Below, one piece after another: positions 1 to 11,489 of a stretch of DNA of 64,000 nucleotides. The DNA lies in NCBI GenBank assembly GCA_032718475.1, contig JAUCBJ010008575.1, positions 1 to 64,000 of the forward strand, in the 5' to 3' direction. The number at the start of each line of letters is the position of its first letter. Position 1 is the stretch's first letter. The notes beneath the pieces are model-generated. The model was not told the DNA's origin. It did no database searches and saw nothing but the letters and a program-made list of their open reading frames with translations. Source of the DNA: Nemertoderma westbladi (taxonomy: Eukaryota; Animalia; Xenacoelomorpha). Position numbers and translations under genes: made by a program.

Positions 1-222
1 AACTTCTACCTCGGGTCCGATGCAACTAATTACACACTACATGTATCCGGTTACCATGGTACTGCTGGTGACTCATTGACTTCCGTTCACAACGGTCATC
101 CGTTTTCCACCAAGGACAGCTTGAATCTAAATTATGGTGCGGGGGATGATGAAGGACCGCGTTGGAAATCATTTACTGGAAACAATCCGGCTTCTCAAGT
201 TGAAATGAAGATTTGGATTTAA
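1..222 (+). CDS. C-terminal part of a fibrinogen-related domain protein (FReD/FBG; ficolin/tenascin/angiopoietin-like family), 5'-truncated by the window edge; possibly a pseudogene or variant with an internal deletion
   Basis: Frame +1 is open from base 1 to TAA at 220-222: NFYLGSDATNYTLHVSGYHGTAGDSLTSVHNGHPFSTKDSLNLNYGAGDDEGPRWKSFTGNNPASQVEMKIWI*. It contains the FBG hallmarks YxLxVxGYxGTAGDSL, HNGxxFSTxD, GxxW and terminal MKI. It is followed by AT-rich UTR-like sequence. Confidence 0.9.
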   Translation, partial: NFYLGSDATNYTLHVSGYHGTAGDSLTSVHNGHPFSTKDSLNLNYGAGDDEGPRWKSFTGNNPASQVEMKIWI

Positions 223-350
223 TGAAACTGTAAGTTTATAAAACTTACATTATATTAAATAATGTAAATGACATACAAACTGATATTTATAGTATATTAA
301 TATATTTATAAATTGTTAAATATGTATAAACACAGTATATCATCTACATG
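223..350 (+). terminator. AT-rich putative 3' UTR of the FReD gene with candidate poly(A) signal
   Basis: Very AT-rich stretch directly after the stop codon. ATTAAA at 254-259; an alternative AATAAA lies further on at 544-549. Such hexamers arise easily by chance in AT-rich DNA. Confidence 0.35.
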
Positions 351-598
351 TCAAGGGCCGGATTTAGAATGGTGGGTGGCCTGGGACCGGGTCAGTGGTG
401 GGGGGACTGGGCCTGAACTCTACTGTATGGTGTTTGCACATACGGCGCCGAACACTTCTCACAGACTATACTATACTGAAAGACACATTTTCTCTCGTTT
501 TCATTACCCTAACTTTTAATCTATTTATTGCAAATACCTTTCAAATAAACCTGAATGCAGATGTAAATATTTTAGTAGAGATGTGAATGTAAATGTTT

Positions 599-640
599 CG
601 AAATTTCAGGAAATTTTCTATACATTTTCTGGAAATTTCC
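599..640. promoter_or_regulatory. Two perfect 3-unit heat-shock-element patterns, the second overlapping a palindromic kB/Rel-type site
   Basis: GAAatTTCagGAA (600-612) and TTCtgGAAatTTC (627-639); GGAAATTTCC at 631-640. Motif match only, with no functional evidence. Confidence 0.3.
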
Positions 641-680
641 TATTTCATTAATGGGTGCACCAACTGGTGCGATCAAATAT

Positions 681-713
681 TGTGTGTGTGTGTGGGGGGG
701 GGGGGGGGGGGGG
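681..713. repeat. (TG)7 microsatellite running into a G20 homopolymer
   Basis: TG repeats at 681-694, then G run at 694-713. Confidence 0.95.
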
Positions 714-744
714 AGGTGCCACCCCCCATGAAACCGCCCCTGGT

Positions 745-908
745 ATCGGAGTCTGTGCTTACAGATATCCCCATTGGTGACATCTCTTGTGCTGAAATCA
801 ATACTGCAGCAAAGAGAATCAAGACCAATCGTGCCAGCGGAGTAGAGGTGGTGTCCCCCGTGAGGTCTTTAAAATTCCTGAATGTTTGGAGCTCATTCAC
901 CCCATTAT
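745..908 (+). mobile_element. Decayed non-LTR retrotransposon fragment (region just N-terminal to the RT core)
   Basis: Frame +2 ISCAEINTAAKRIKTNRASGVEVVSP (782-859), then after a frameshift frame +1 EVFKIPECLELIHPII (862-). This fits the LINE motif ExxxAxxxLKxxKAxGxDxIxxExxK. Confidence 0.7.
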
Positions 909-1240
909 CTTTATCATATCATATCTTTTACATATCCCACCATCTTATGATACGATCTTATGGCGTCGGTACGCGCAATGTTCAGGGCGCGTTTCAATAC
1001 AGCAGCCTGTACCGGTACCGCTTTGGTCGTTTGGGATTCAGTCGCTAACGGGCCGCGATTCGACATGAACTTTCGAGGTCGTACCATATTCTCGACCGCT
1101 CTTTCTCTCGCTCGATATTCATACGGCCCTTCACTTCACCTCTTTTAGTTCGGGATGAGCGTTAACGAATGCTTTATCATATTCAGTATCTCAGCCAATA
1201 GCGTTTATCAAGTCATAGGTCTCAGTCTGATAAGAATTTA
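909..1240. other. Non-LINE, CpG-rich segment interrupting the LINE (possible inserted element)
   Basis: No RT motifs seen. CpG is dense at ~950-1170 compared with the flanks. An 11-bp direct repeat CTTTATCATAT lies at 909-919 and 1172-1182. Confidence 0.4.
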
Positions 1241-1844
1241 AACAAAGGCTCCTCTGCTCATTTGAGCAGGTAGCTTCTAGTGTTGGTCTTTTTGTAAATT
1301 CCAAGAAGTCCAAAATCATGACAGTCAACCTAGACAGCCCTCAAAAAATGTACGATCGTAATGGCATAAGCTCTAAGAGTGGCTTTCTTGAACACGTGGA
1401 TGACTTCAGCTACTTGGGATCATGGATCAGAAAGACCTTTGGATACATGAGGGGAAGGCATGGGCAGCGTTAAATAGTCTGTCCATTTGGATTTCAATAA
1501 AACGGAACCTTAATTAAGGTTCGATTATTTTTTGCAGCAGTAGTACCAGTACTCTATGGGAGTCCATGCTGGGCTCTAACTGCTGAGGACACCAAATCTC
1601 TGGATGGCACATTCACAAGAATGCTGCACCGGGTTCATTGTGTCAAGTACAATGAACACATCTCCAATCAGACTCTATACAACATTGGACGCGTTCCATT
1701 AATCTCCCCTAACTTGACATTTGAACGGAACCGCCTCCGCTTTGCAGGACATTGCTTTCGCCGTGAGGACCAGCCAATGCATAATCTAGTGCTTTGGCGC
1801 CCTCATGGAGCGAATAAGCATGGTGGACAGCCCATGGCTTTCTT
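1241..1844 (+). mobile_element. Decayed RTE-clade LINE: end of the RT domain plus C-terminal region, frameshifted and 3'-truncated by the satellite
   Basis: Frame +1 QRLLCSFEQVASSVGLFVNSKKSKIM...LEHVDDFSYLGSWI (1243-1428). Frame +3 GKAWAALNSLSIWIS (1452-). Frame +1 KVRLFFAAVVPVLYGSPCWALT...LDGTFTRMLHR...HISNQTLY...RLRFAGHCFR...LVLWRPHG...GQP. These match RTE motifs GLxINxxKTK, FxYLGS, LLYGxExW, RLRFAGH and GRP. Confidence 0.9.
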
Positions 1845-4800
1845 GAGTCACACAAATGCTTTGTATAACAAAACCTACTGTCACATGGTTTAGAGAGTGA
1901 CACAAATGCTTTGTATAACAAAACCTACTGACACATGGTTTAGAGAGTGACACAAATGCGTTGTATAACAAAACCTACTGACAAATGGTTTAGAGAGTGA
2001 CACAAATGCTTTATATAACAAAACCTACTGACACATGGTTTAGAGAGTGACACAAATGCTTTGTATAACAAAACCTACTGACACATGGTTTAGAGAGTGA
2101 CACAAATGCTTTGTATAACACTGACACATGGTTTAGAGAGTTACACAAATGCTTTGTATAACAAAACCTACTGACACATGGTTTAGAGAGTGAAACAAAT
2201 GCTTTGTATAACAAAACCTACTGACACATGGTTTAGAGAGTGATGACACCAATGCTTTGTATAACAAAACCTACTGACACATGGTTTAGAGAGTGAAACA
2301 AATGCGTTGTATAACAAAACCTACTGACACATGGTTTAGAGAGTGACACAAATGCGTTGTATAACAAAACCTACTGACCCATGGTTTAGAGAGTGATGAC
2401 ACCAATGCTTTGTATAACAAAACCTACTGACACATGGTTTAGAGAGTGAAACAAATGCGTTGTATAACAAAACCTACTGACACATGGTTTAGAGAGTGAC
2501 ACAAATGCTTTGTATAACAAAACCTACTGACACATGGTTTAGAGAGTCACACAAATGCTTTGTATAACAAAACCTACTGACACATGGTTTAGAGAGTGAT
2601 GACACCAATGCTTTGTATAACAAAACCTACTGACACATGGTTTAGAGAGTGGTGACACAAATGCTTTGTATAACAAAACCTACTGACACATGGTTTAGAG
2701 AGTCACACAAATGCTTTGTATAACAAAACCTACTGACACATGGTTTAGAGAGTGGTGACACAAATGCTTTGTATAACAAAACCTACTGACACATGGTTTA
2801 GAGAGAGGTCACACAAATGCGTTGTATAACAAAACCTACTGACACATGGTTTAGAGAGTGGTGACACCAATGCTTTGTATAACAAAACCTACTGACACAT
2901 GGTTTAGAGAGTGGTGACACCAATGCTTTGTATAACAAAACCTACTGACACATGGTTTAGAGAGTGATGACACCAATGCTTTGTATAACAAAACCTACTG
3001 ACACATGGTTTAGAGAGTGGTGACACCAATGCTTTGTATAACAAAACCTACTGACACATGGTTTAGAGAGTGGTGACACCAATGCTTTGTATAACAAAAC
3101 CTACTGACACATGGTTTAGAGAGTGGTGACACCAATGCTTTGTATAACAAAACCTACTGACACATGGTTTATAGAGTGACACAAATGCTTTGTATAACAA
3201 AACCTACTGACACATGGTTTAGAGAGTGGTGACACCAATGCTTTGTATAACAAAACCTACTGACACATGGTTTAGAGAGTCACACAAATGCTTTGTATAA
3301 CAAAACCTACTGACACATGGTTTAGAGAGTGATGACACCAATGCTTTGTATAACAAAACCTACTGACACATGGTTTAGAGAGTGGTGACACCAATGCTTT
3401 GTATAACAAAACATACTGACACATGGTTTAGAGAGTCACACAAATGCTTTGTATAACAAAACCTACTGACACATGGTTTAGAGAGTGATGACACCAATGC
3501 TTTGTATAACAAAACCTACTGACACATGGTTTAGAGAGTGGTGACACCAATGCTTTGTATAACAAAACCTACTGACACATGGTTTAGAGAGTCACACCAA
3601 TGCTTTGTATAACAAAACCTACTGACACATGGTTTAGAGAGTGGTGACACCAATGCTTTGTATAACAAAACCTACTGACACATGGTTTAGAGAGTCACAC
3701 AAATGCTTTGTATAACAAAACCTACTGACACATGGTTTAGAGAGTGATGACACCAATGCTTTGTATAACAAAACCTACTGACACATGGTTTAGAGAGTGG
3801 TGACACCAATGCTTTGTATAACAAAACCTACTGACACATGGTTTAGAGAGTGGTGACACCAATGCTTTGTATAACAAAACCTACTGACACATGGTTTAGA
3901 GAGTCACACAAATGCTTTGTATAACAAAACCTACTGACACATGGTTTAGAGAGTGATGACACCAATGCTTTGTATAACAAAACCTACTGACACATGGTTT
4001 AGAGAGTGGTGACACCAATGCTTTGTATAACAAAACCTACAGACACATGATTTAGAGAGTGACACAAATGCTTTGTATAACAAAACCTACTGACACATGG
4101 TTTAGAGAGTGGTGACACCAATGCTTTGTATAACAAAACCTACTGACACATGGTTTAGAGAGTGACACAAATGCTTTGTATAACAAAACCTACTGACACA
4201 TGGTTTAGAGAGTGACACAAATGCTTTGTATAACAAAACCTACAGACACATGGTTTAGAGAGTGACACAAATGCTTTGTATAACAAAACCTACTGACACA
4301 TGGTTTAGAGAGTGACACAAATGCTTTGTATAACAAAACCTACAGACACATGGTTTAGAGAGTGACACAAATGCTTTGTATAACAAAACCTACAGACACA
4401 TGGTTTAGAGAGTGACACAAATGCTTTGTATAACAAAACCTACTGACACATGGTTTAGAGAGTGGTGACACCAATGCTTTGTATAACAAAACCTACTGAC
4501 ACATGGTTTAGAGAGTGACACAAATGCGTTGTATAACAAAACCTACTGACACATGGTTTAGAGAGTGACACAAATGCGTTGTATAACAAAACCTACTGAC
4601 AAATGGTTTAGAGAGTGACACAAATGCTTTATATAACAAAACCTACTGACACATGGTTTAGAGAGTGACACAAATGCTTTGTATAACAAAACCTACTGAC
4701 ACATGGTTTAGAGAGTGACACAAATGCTTTGTATAACACTGACACATGGTTTAGAGAGTTACACAAATGCTTTGTATAACAAAACCTACTGACACATGGT

Positions 4801-7800
4801 TTAGAGAGTGAAACAAATGCTTTGTATAACAAAACCTACTGACACATGGTTTAGAGAGTGACACAAATGCTTTGTATAACAAAACCTACTGACACATGGT
4901 TTAGAGAGTGAAACAAATGCTTTGTATAACAAAACCTACTGACACATGGTTTAGAGAGTGATGACACCAATGCTTTGTATAACAAAACCTACTGACACAT
5001 GGTTTAGAGAGTGGTGACACCAATGCTTTGTATAACAAAACCTACTGACACATGGTTTAGAGAGTGAAACAAATGCTTTGTATAACAAAACCTACTGACA
5101 CATGGTTTAGAGAGTGGTGACACCAATGCTTTGTATAACAAAACCTACTGACACATGGTTTAGAGAGTGGTGACACCAATGCTTTGTATAACAAAACCTA
5201 CTGACACATGGTTTAGAGAGTGGTGACACCAATGCTTTGTATAACAAAACCTACTGACACATGGTTTAGAGAGTGACACAAATGCTTTGTATAACAAAAC
5301 CTACTGACACATGGTTTAGAGAGTGGTGACACCAATGCTTTGTATAACAAAACCTACTGACACATGGTTTAGAGAGTGACACAAATTCGTTGTATAACAA
5401 AACCTACTGACACATGGTTTAGAGAGTGAAACAAATGCTTTGTATAACAAAACCTACTGACACATGGTTTAGAGAGTGATGACACCAATGCTTTGTATAA
5501 CAAAACCTACTGACACATGGTTTAGAGAGTGGTGACACCAATGCTTTGTATAACAAAACCTACTGACACATGGTTTAGAGAGTGAAACAAATGCTTTGTA
5601 TAACAAAACCTACTGACACATGGTTTAGAGAGTGGTGACACCAATGCTTTGTATAACAAAACCTACTGACACATGGTTTAGAGAGTGGTGACACCAATGC
5701 TTTGTATAACAAAACCTACTGACACATGGTTTAGAGAGTGGTGACACCAATGCTTTGTATAACAAAACCTACTGACACATGGTTTAGAGAGTGGTGACAC
5801 CAATGCTTTGTATAACAAAACCTACTGACACATGGTTTAGAGAGTGGTGACACCAATGCTTTGTATAACAAAACCTACTGACACATGGTTTAGAGAGTGA
5901 CACAAATGCTTTGTATAACAAAACCTACTGACACATGGTTTAGAGAGTGGTGACACCAATGCTTTGTATAAAAAAACCTACTGACACATGGTTTAGAGAG
6001 TGGTGACACCAATGCTTTGTATAACAAAACCTACTGACACATGGTTTAGAGAGTGGTGACACCAATGCTTTGTATAACAAAACCTACTGACACATGGTTT
6101 AGAGAGTGGTGACACCAATGCTTTGTATAACAAAACCTACTGACACATGGTTTAGAGAGTGGTGACACCAATGCTTTGTATAACAAAACCTACTGACACA
6201 TGGTTTAGAGAGTGGTGACACCAATGCTTTGTATAACAAAACCTACTGACACATGGTTTAGAGAGTGACACAAATGCTTTGTATAACAAAACCTACTGAC
6301 ACATGGTTTAGAGAGTGACACAAATGCTTTGTATAACAAAACCTACTGACACATGGTTTAGAGAGTGAAACAAATGCTTTGTATAACAAAACCTACTGAC
6401 ACATGGTTTAGAGAGTGAAACAAATGCTTTGTATAACAAAACCTACTGACACATGGTTTAGAGAGTGGTGACACCAATGCTTTGTATAACAAAACCTACT
6501 GACACATGGTTTATAGAGTGACACAAATGCTTTGTATAACAAAACCTACAGACACATGGTTTAGAGAGTGACACAAATGCTTTGTATAACAAAACCTACT
6601 GACACATGGTTTAGAGAGTGACACAAATGCTTTGTATAACAAAACCTACTGACACATGGTTTATAGAGTGAAACAAATGCTTTGTATAACAAAACCTACT
6701 GACACATGGTTTAGAGAGTGAAACAAATGCTTTGTATAACAAAACCTACTGACACATGGTTTAGAGAGTGGTGACACCAATGCTTTGTATAACAAAACCT
6801 ACTGACACATGGTTTAGAGAGTGACACAAATGCGTTGTATAACAAAACCTACTGACACATGGTTTAGAGAGTGAAACAAATGCTTTGTATAACAAAACCT
6901 ACTGACACATGGTTTAGAGAGTGGTGACACCAATGCTTTGTATAACAAAACCTACTGACACATGGTTTAGAGAGTGACACAAATGCGTTGTATAACAAAA
7001 CCTACTGACACATGGTTTAGAGAGTGAAACAAATGCTTTGTATAACAAAACCTACTGACACATGGTTTATAGAGTGAAACAAATGCTTTGTATAACAAAA
7101 CCTACTGACACATGGTTTAGAGAGTGAAACAAATGCTTTGTATAACAAAACCTACTGACACATGGTTTAGAGAGTGGTGACACCAATGCTTTGTATAACA
7201 AAACCTACTGACACATGGTTTAGAGAGTGACACAAATGCTTTGTATAACAAAACCTACTGACACATGGTTTAGAGAGTGATGACACCAATGCTTTGTATA
7301 ACAAAACCTACTGACACATGGTTTAGAGAGTGATGACACCAATGCTTTGTATAACAAAACCTACTGACACATGGTTTAGAGAGTGAAACAAATGCTTTGT
7401 ATAACAAAACCTACTGACACATGGTTTAGAGAGTCACACAAATGCTTTGTATAACAAAACCTACTGACACATGGTTTAGAGAGTGAAACAAATGCTTTGT
7501 ATAACAAAACCTACTGACACATGGTTTAGAGAGTGGTGACACCAATGCTTTGTATAACAAAACCTACTGACACATGGTTTAGAGAGTGAAACAAATGCGT
7601 TGTATAACAAAACCTACTGACACATGGTTTAGAGAGTGACACAAATGCTTTGTATAACAAAACCTACTGACACATGGTTTAGAGAGTGACACAAATGCTT
7701 TGTATAACAAAACCTACTGACACATGGTTTAGAGAGTGATGACACCAATGCTTTGTATAACAAAACCTACTGACACATGGTTTAGAGAGTGGTGACACCA

Positions 7801-10800
7801 ATGCTTTGTATAACAAAACCTACTGACACATGGTTTAGATAGTGACACCAATGCTCTGTATAACAAAACCTACTGACACATGGTTTAGAGAGTGGTGACA
7901 CCAATGCTTTGTATAACAAAACCTACAGACACATGGTTTAGAGAGTGACACAAATGCTTTGTATAACAAAACCTACTGACACATGGTTTAGAGAGTGAAA
8001 CAAATGCTTTGTATAACAAAACCTACTGACACATGGTTTAGAGAGTGGTGACACCAATGCTTTGTATAACAAAACCTACAGACACATGGTTTAGAGAGTG
8101 AAACAAATGCTTTGTATAACAAAACCTACTGACACATGGTTTAGAGAGTGGTGACACCAATGCGTTGTATAACAAAACCTACTGACACATGGTTTAGAGA
8201 GTGACACAAATGCTTTGTATAACAAAACCTACTGACACATGGTTTAGAGAGTGAAACAAATGCTTTGTATAACAAAACCTACAGACACATGGTTTAGAGA
8301 GTGATGACACCAATGCTTTGTATAACAAAACCTACTGACACATGGTTTAGAGAGTGGTGACACCAATGCTTTGTATAACAAAACCTACTGACACATGGTT
8401 TAGAGAGTGGTGACACCAATGCTTTGTATAACAAAACCTACTGACACATGGTTTAGAGAGTCACACAAATGCGTTGTATAACAAAACCTACTGACACATG
8501 GTTTAGAGAGTGAAACAAATGCTTTGTATAACAAAACCTACAGACACATGGTTTAGAGAGTGATGACACCAATGCTTTGTATAACAAAACCTACTGACAC
8601 ATGGTTTAGAGAGTGGTGACACCAATGCTTTGTATAACAAAACCTACTGACACATGGTTTAGAGAGTGGTGACACCAATGCTTTGTATAACAAAACCTAC
8701 TGACACATGGTTTAGAGAGTCACACAAATGCTTTGTATAACAAAACCTACTGACACATGGTTTAGAGAGTGGTGACACCAATGCTTTGTATAACAAAACC
8801 TACTGACACATGGTTTAGAGAGTGGTGACACCAATGCTTTGTATAACAAAACCTACAGACACATGGTTTAGAGAGAGGTCACACAAATGCGTTGTATAAA
8901 AAAACCTACTGACACATGGTTTAGAGAGTGACACAAATGCTTTGTATAACAAAACCTACTGACACATGGTTTAGATAGTGGTGACACCAATGCGTTGTAT
9001 AACAAAACCTACTGACACATGGTTTAGAGAGTGAAACAAATGCTTTGTATAACAAAACCTACTGACACATGGTTTAGAGAGTGAAACAAATGCTTTGTAT
9101 AACAAAACCTACAGACACATGGTTTAGAGAGTGGTGACACCAATGCTTTGTATAACAAAACCTACTGACACATGGTTTAGAGAGTGACACAAATGCTTTG
9201 TATAACAAAACCTACTGACACATGGTTTAGAGAGTGAAACAAATGCTTTGTATAACAAAACCTACAGACACATGGTTTAGAGAGTGACACAAATGCTTTG
9301 TATAACAAAACCTACTGACACATGGTTTAGAGAGTGAAACAAATGCTTTGTATAACAAAACCTACAGACACATGGTTTAGAGAGTGACACAAATGCTTTG
9401 TATAACAAAACCTACTGACACATGGTTTAGAGAGTGATGACACCAATGCTTTGTATAACAAAACCTACAGACACATGGTTTAGAGAGTGAAACAAATGCT
9501 TTGTATAACAAAACCTACTGACACATGGTTTAGAGAGTGGTGACACCAATGCTTTGTATAACAAAACCTACAGACACATGGTTTAGAGAGTGAAACAAAT
9601 GCTTTGTATAACAAAACCTACTGACACATGGTTTAGAGAGTGGTGACACCAATGCTTTGTATAACAAAACCTACTGACACATGGTTTAGAGAGAGGTCAC
9701 ACAAATGCGTTGTATAACAAAACCTACTGACACATGGTTTAGAGAGTGACACAAATGCTTTGTATAACAAAACCTACTGACACATGGTTTAGAGAGTGAT
9801 GACACCAATGCTTTGTATAACAAAACCTACTGACACATGGTTTAGAGAGTGGTGACACCAATGCTTTGTATAACAAAACCTACTGACACATGGTTTAGAG
9901 AGAGGTCACACAAATGCGTTGTATAACAAAACCTACTGACACATGGTTTAGAGAGTGAAACAAATGCTTTGTATAACAAAACCTACAGACACATGGTTTA
10001 GAGAGTGATGACACCAATGCTTTGTATAACAAAACCTACTGACACATGGTTTAGAGAGTGGTGACACCAATGCTTTGTATAACAAAACCTACTGACACAT
10101 GGTTTAGAGAGAGGTCACACAAATGCGTTGTATAACAAAACCTACTGACACATGGTTTAGAGAGTGACACAAATGCTTTGTATAACAAAACCTACTGACA
10201 CATGGTTTAGAGAGTGACACAAATGCTTTGTATAACAAAACCTACCGACACATGGTTTAGAGAGTGACACAAATGCTTTGTATAACAAAACCTACTGACA
10301 CATGGTTTAGAGAGTGGTGAGACCAATGCTTTGTATAACAAAACCTACTGACACATGGTTTAGAGAGTGACACAAATGCTTTGTATAACAAAACCTACCG
10401 ACACATGGTTTAGAGAGTGACACAAATGCTTTGTATAACAAAACCTACTGACACATGGTTTAGAGAGTGGTGACACCAATGCTTTGTATAACAAAACCTA
10501 CTGACACATGGTTTAGAGAGTGACACAAATGCTTTGTATAACAAAACCTACCGACACATGGTTTAGAGAGTGACACAAATGCTTTGTATAACAAAACCTA
10601 CTGACACATGGTTTAGAGAGTGGTGACACCAATGCTTTGTATAACAAAACCTACTGACACATGGTTTAGAGAGTGACACAAATGCTTTGTATAACAAAAC
10701 CTACTGACACATGGTTTAGAGAGTGACACAAATGCTTTGTATAACAAAACCTACTGACACATGGTTTAGAGAGTGACACAAATGCTTTGTATAACAAAAC

Positions 10801-11489
10801 CTACTGACACATGGTTTAGAGAGTGACACAAATGCTTTGTATAACAAAACCTACCGACACATGGTTTAGAGAGTGACACAAATGCTTTGTATAACAAAAC
10901 CTACTGACACATGGTTTAGAGAGTGGTGACACCAATGCTTTGTATAACAAAACCTACTGACACATGGTTTAGAGAGTGACACAAATGCTTTGTATAACAA
11001 AACCTACCGACACATGGTTTAGAGAGTGACACAAATGCTTTGTATAACAAAACCTACTGACACATGGTTTAGAGAGTGGTGACACCAATGCTTTGTATAA
11101 CAAAACCTACTGACACATGGTTTAGAGAGTGACACAAATGCTTTGTATAACAAAACCTACTGACACATGGTTTAGAGAGTGGTGACACCAATGCTTTGTA
11201 TAACAAAACCTACTGACACATGGTTTAGAGAGTGACACAAATGCTTTGTATAACAAAACCTACTGACACATGGTTTAGAGAGTGGTGACACCAATGCTTT
11301 GTATAACAAAACCTACTGACACATGGTTTAGAGAGTGACACAAATGCTTTGTATAACAAAACCTACCGACACATGGTTTAGAGAGTGACACAAATGCTTT
11401 GTATAACAAAACCTACTGACACATGGTTTAGAGAGTGACACAAATGCTTTGTATAACAAAACCTACCGACACATGGTTTAGAGAGTGAC

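Larger units (their letters stand above)
354..742. mobile_element. Possible non-autonomous DNA transposon (MITE) remnant(s)
   Basis: Left end AGGGCCGGATTT (354-365) matches the reverse complement of the right end GAAACCGCCCCT (730-741) at 9/12. Both ends have G/C-rich subterminal tracts around an AT-rich interior. No target-site duplication found, so these may be ends of two different elements. Confidence 0.35.

Noticed and set aside
313-1148. Short predicted ORFs (313-519, 395-586, 593-1048, 673-900, 886-1068, 960-1148) as genes
   Set aside because: They cross low-complexity and TE-remnant boundaries. The only protein-like parts are the LINE fragments already annotated.
1254-1269. Inverted repeat CTGCTCA-TT-TGAGCAG
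   Set aside because: A 7-bp stem inside LINE coding sequence with no indel; compatible with chance.
1621-1893. 90-aa ORF as a functional LINE-satellite fusion protein
   Set aside because: It starts at an internal Met of a frameshifted RTE remnant and reads a few codons into the satellite; there is no evidence of expression.
2240-2280. Resemblance of CAATGCTTTGTATAACAAAA to lambda/Gateway att sequences
   Set aside because: Short AT-rich partial match recalled from memory, with no complete core or arm sites and no integrase or vector context; treated as coincidence.
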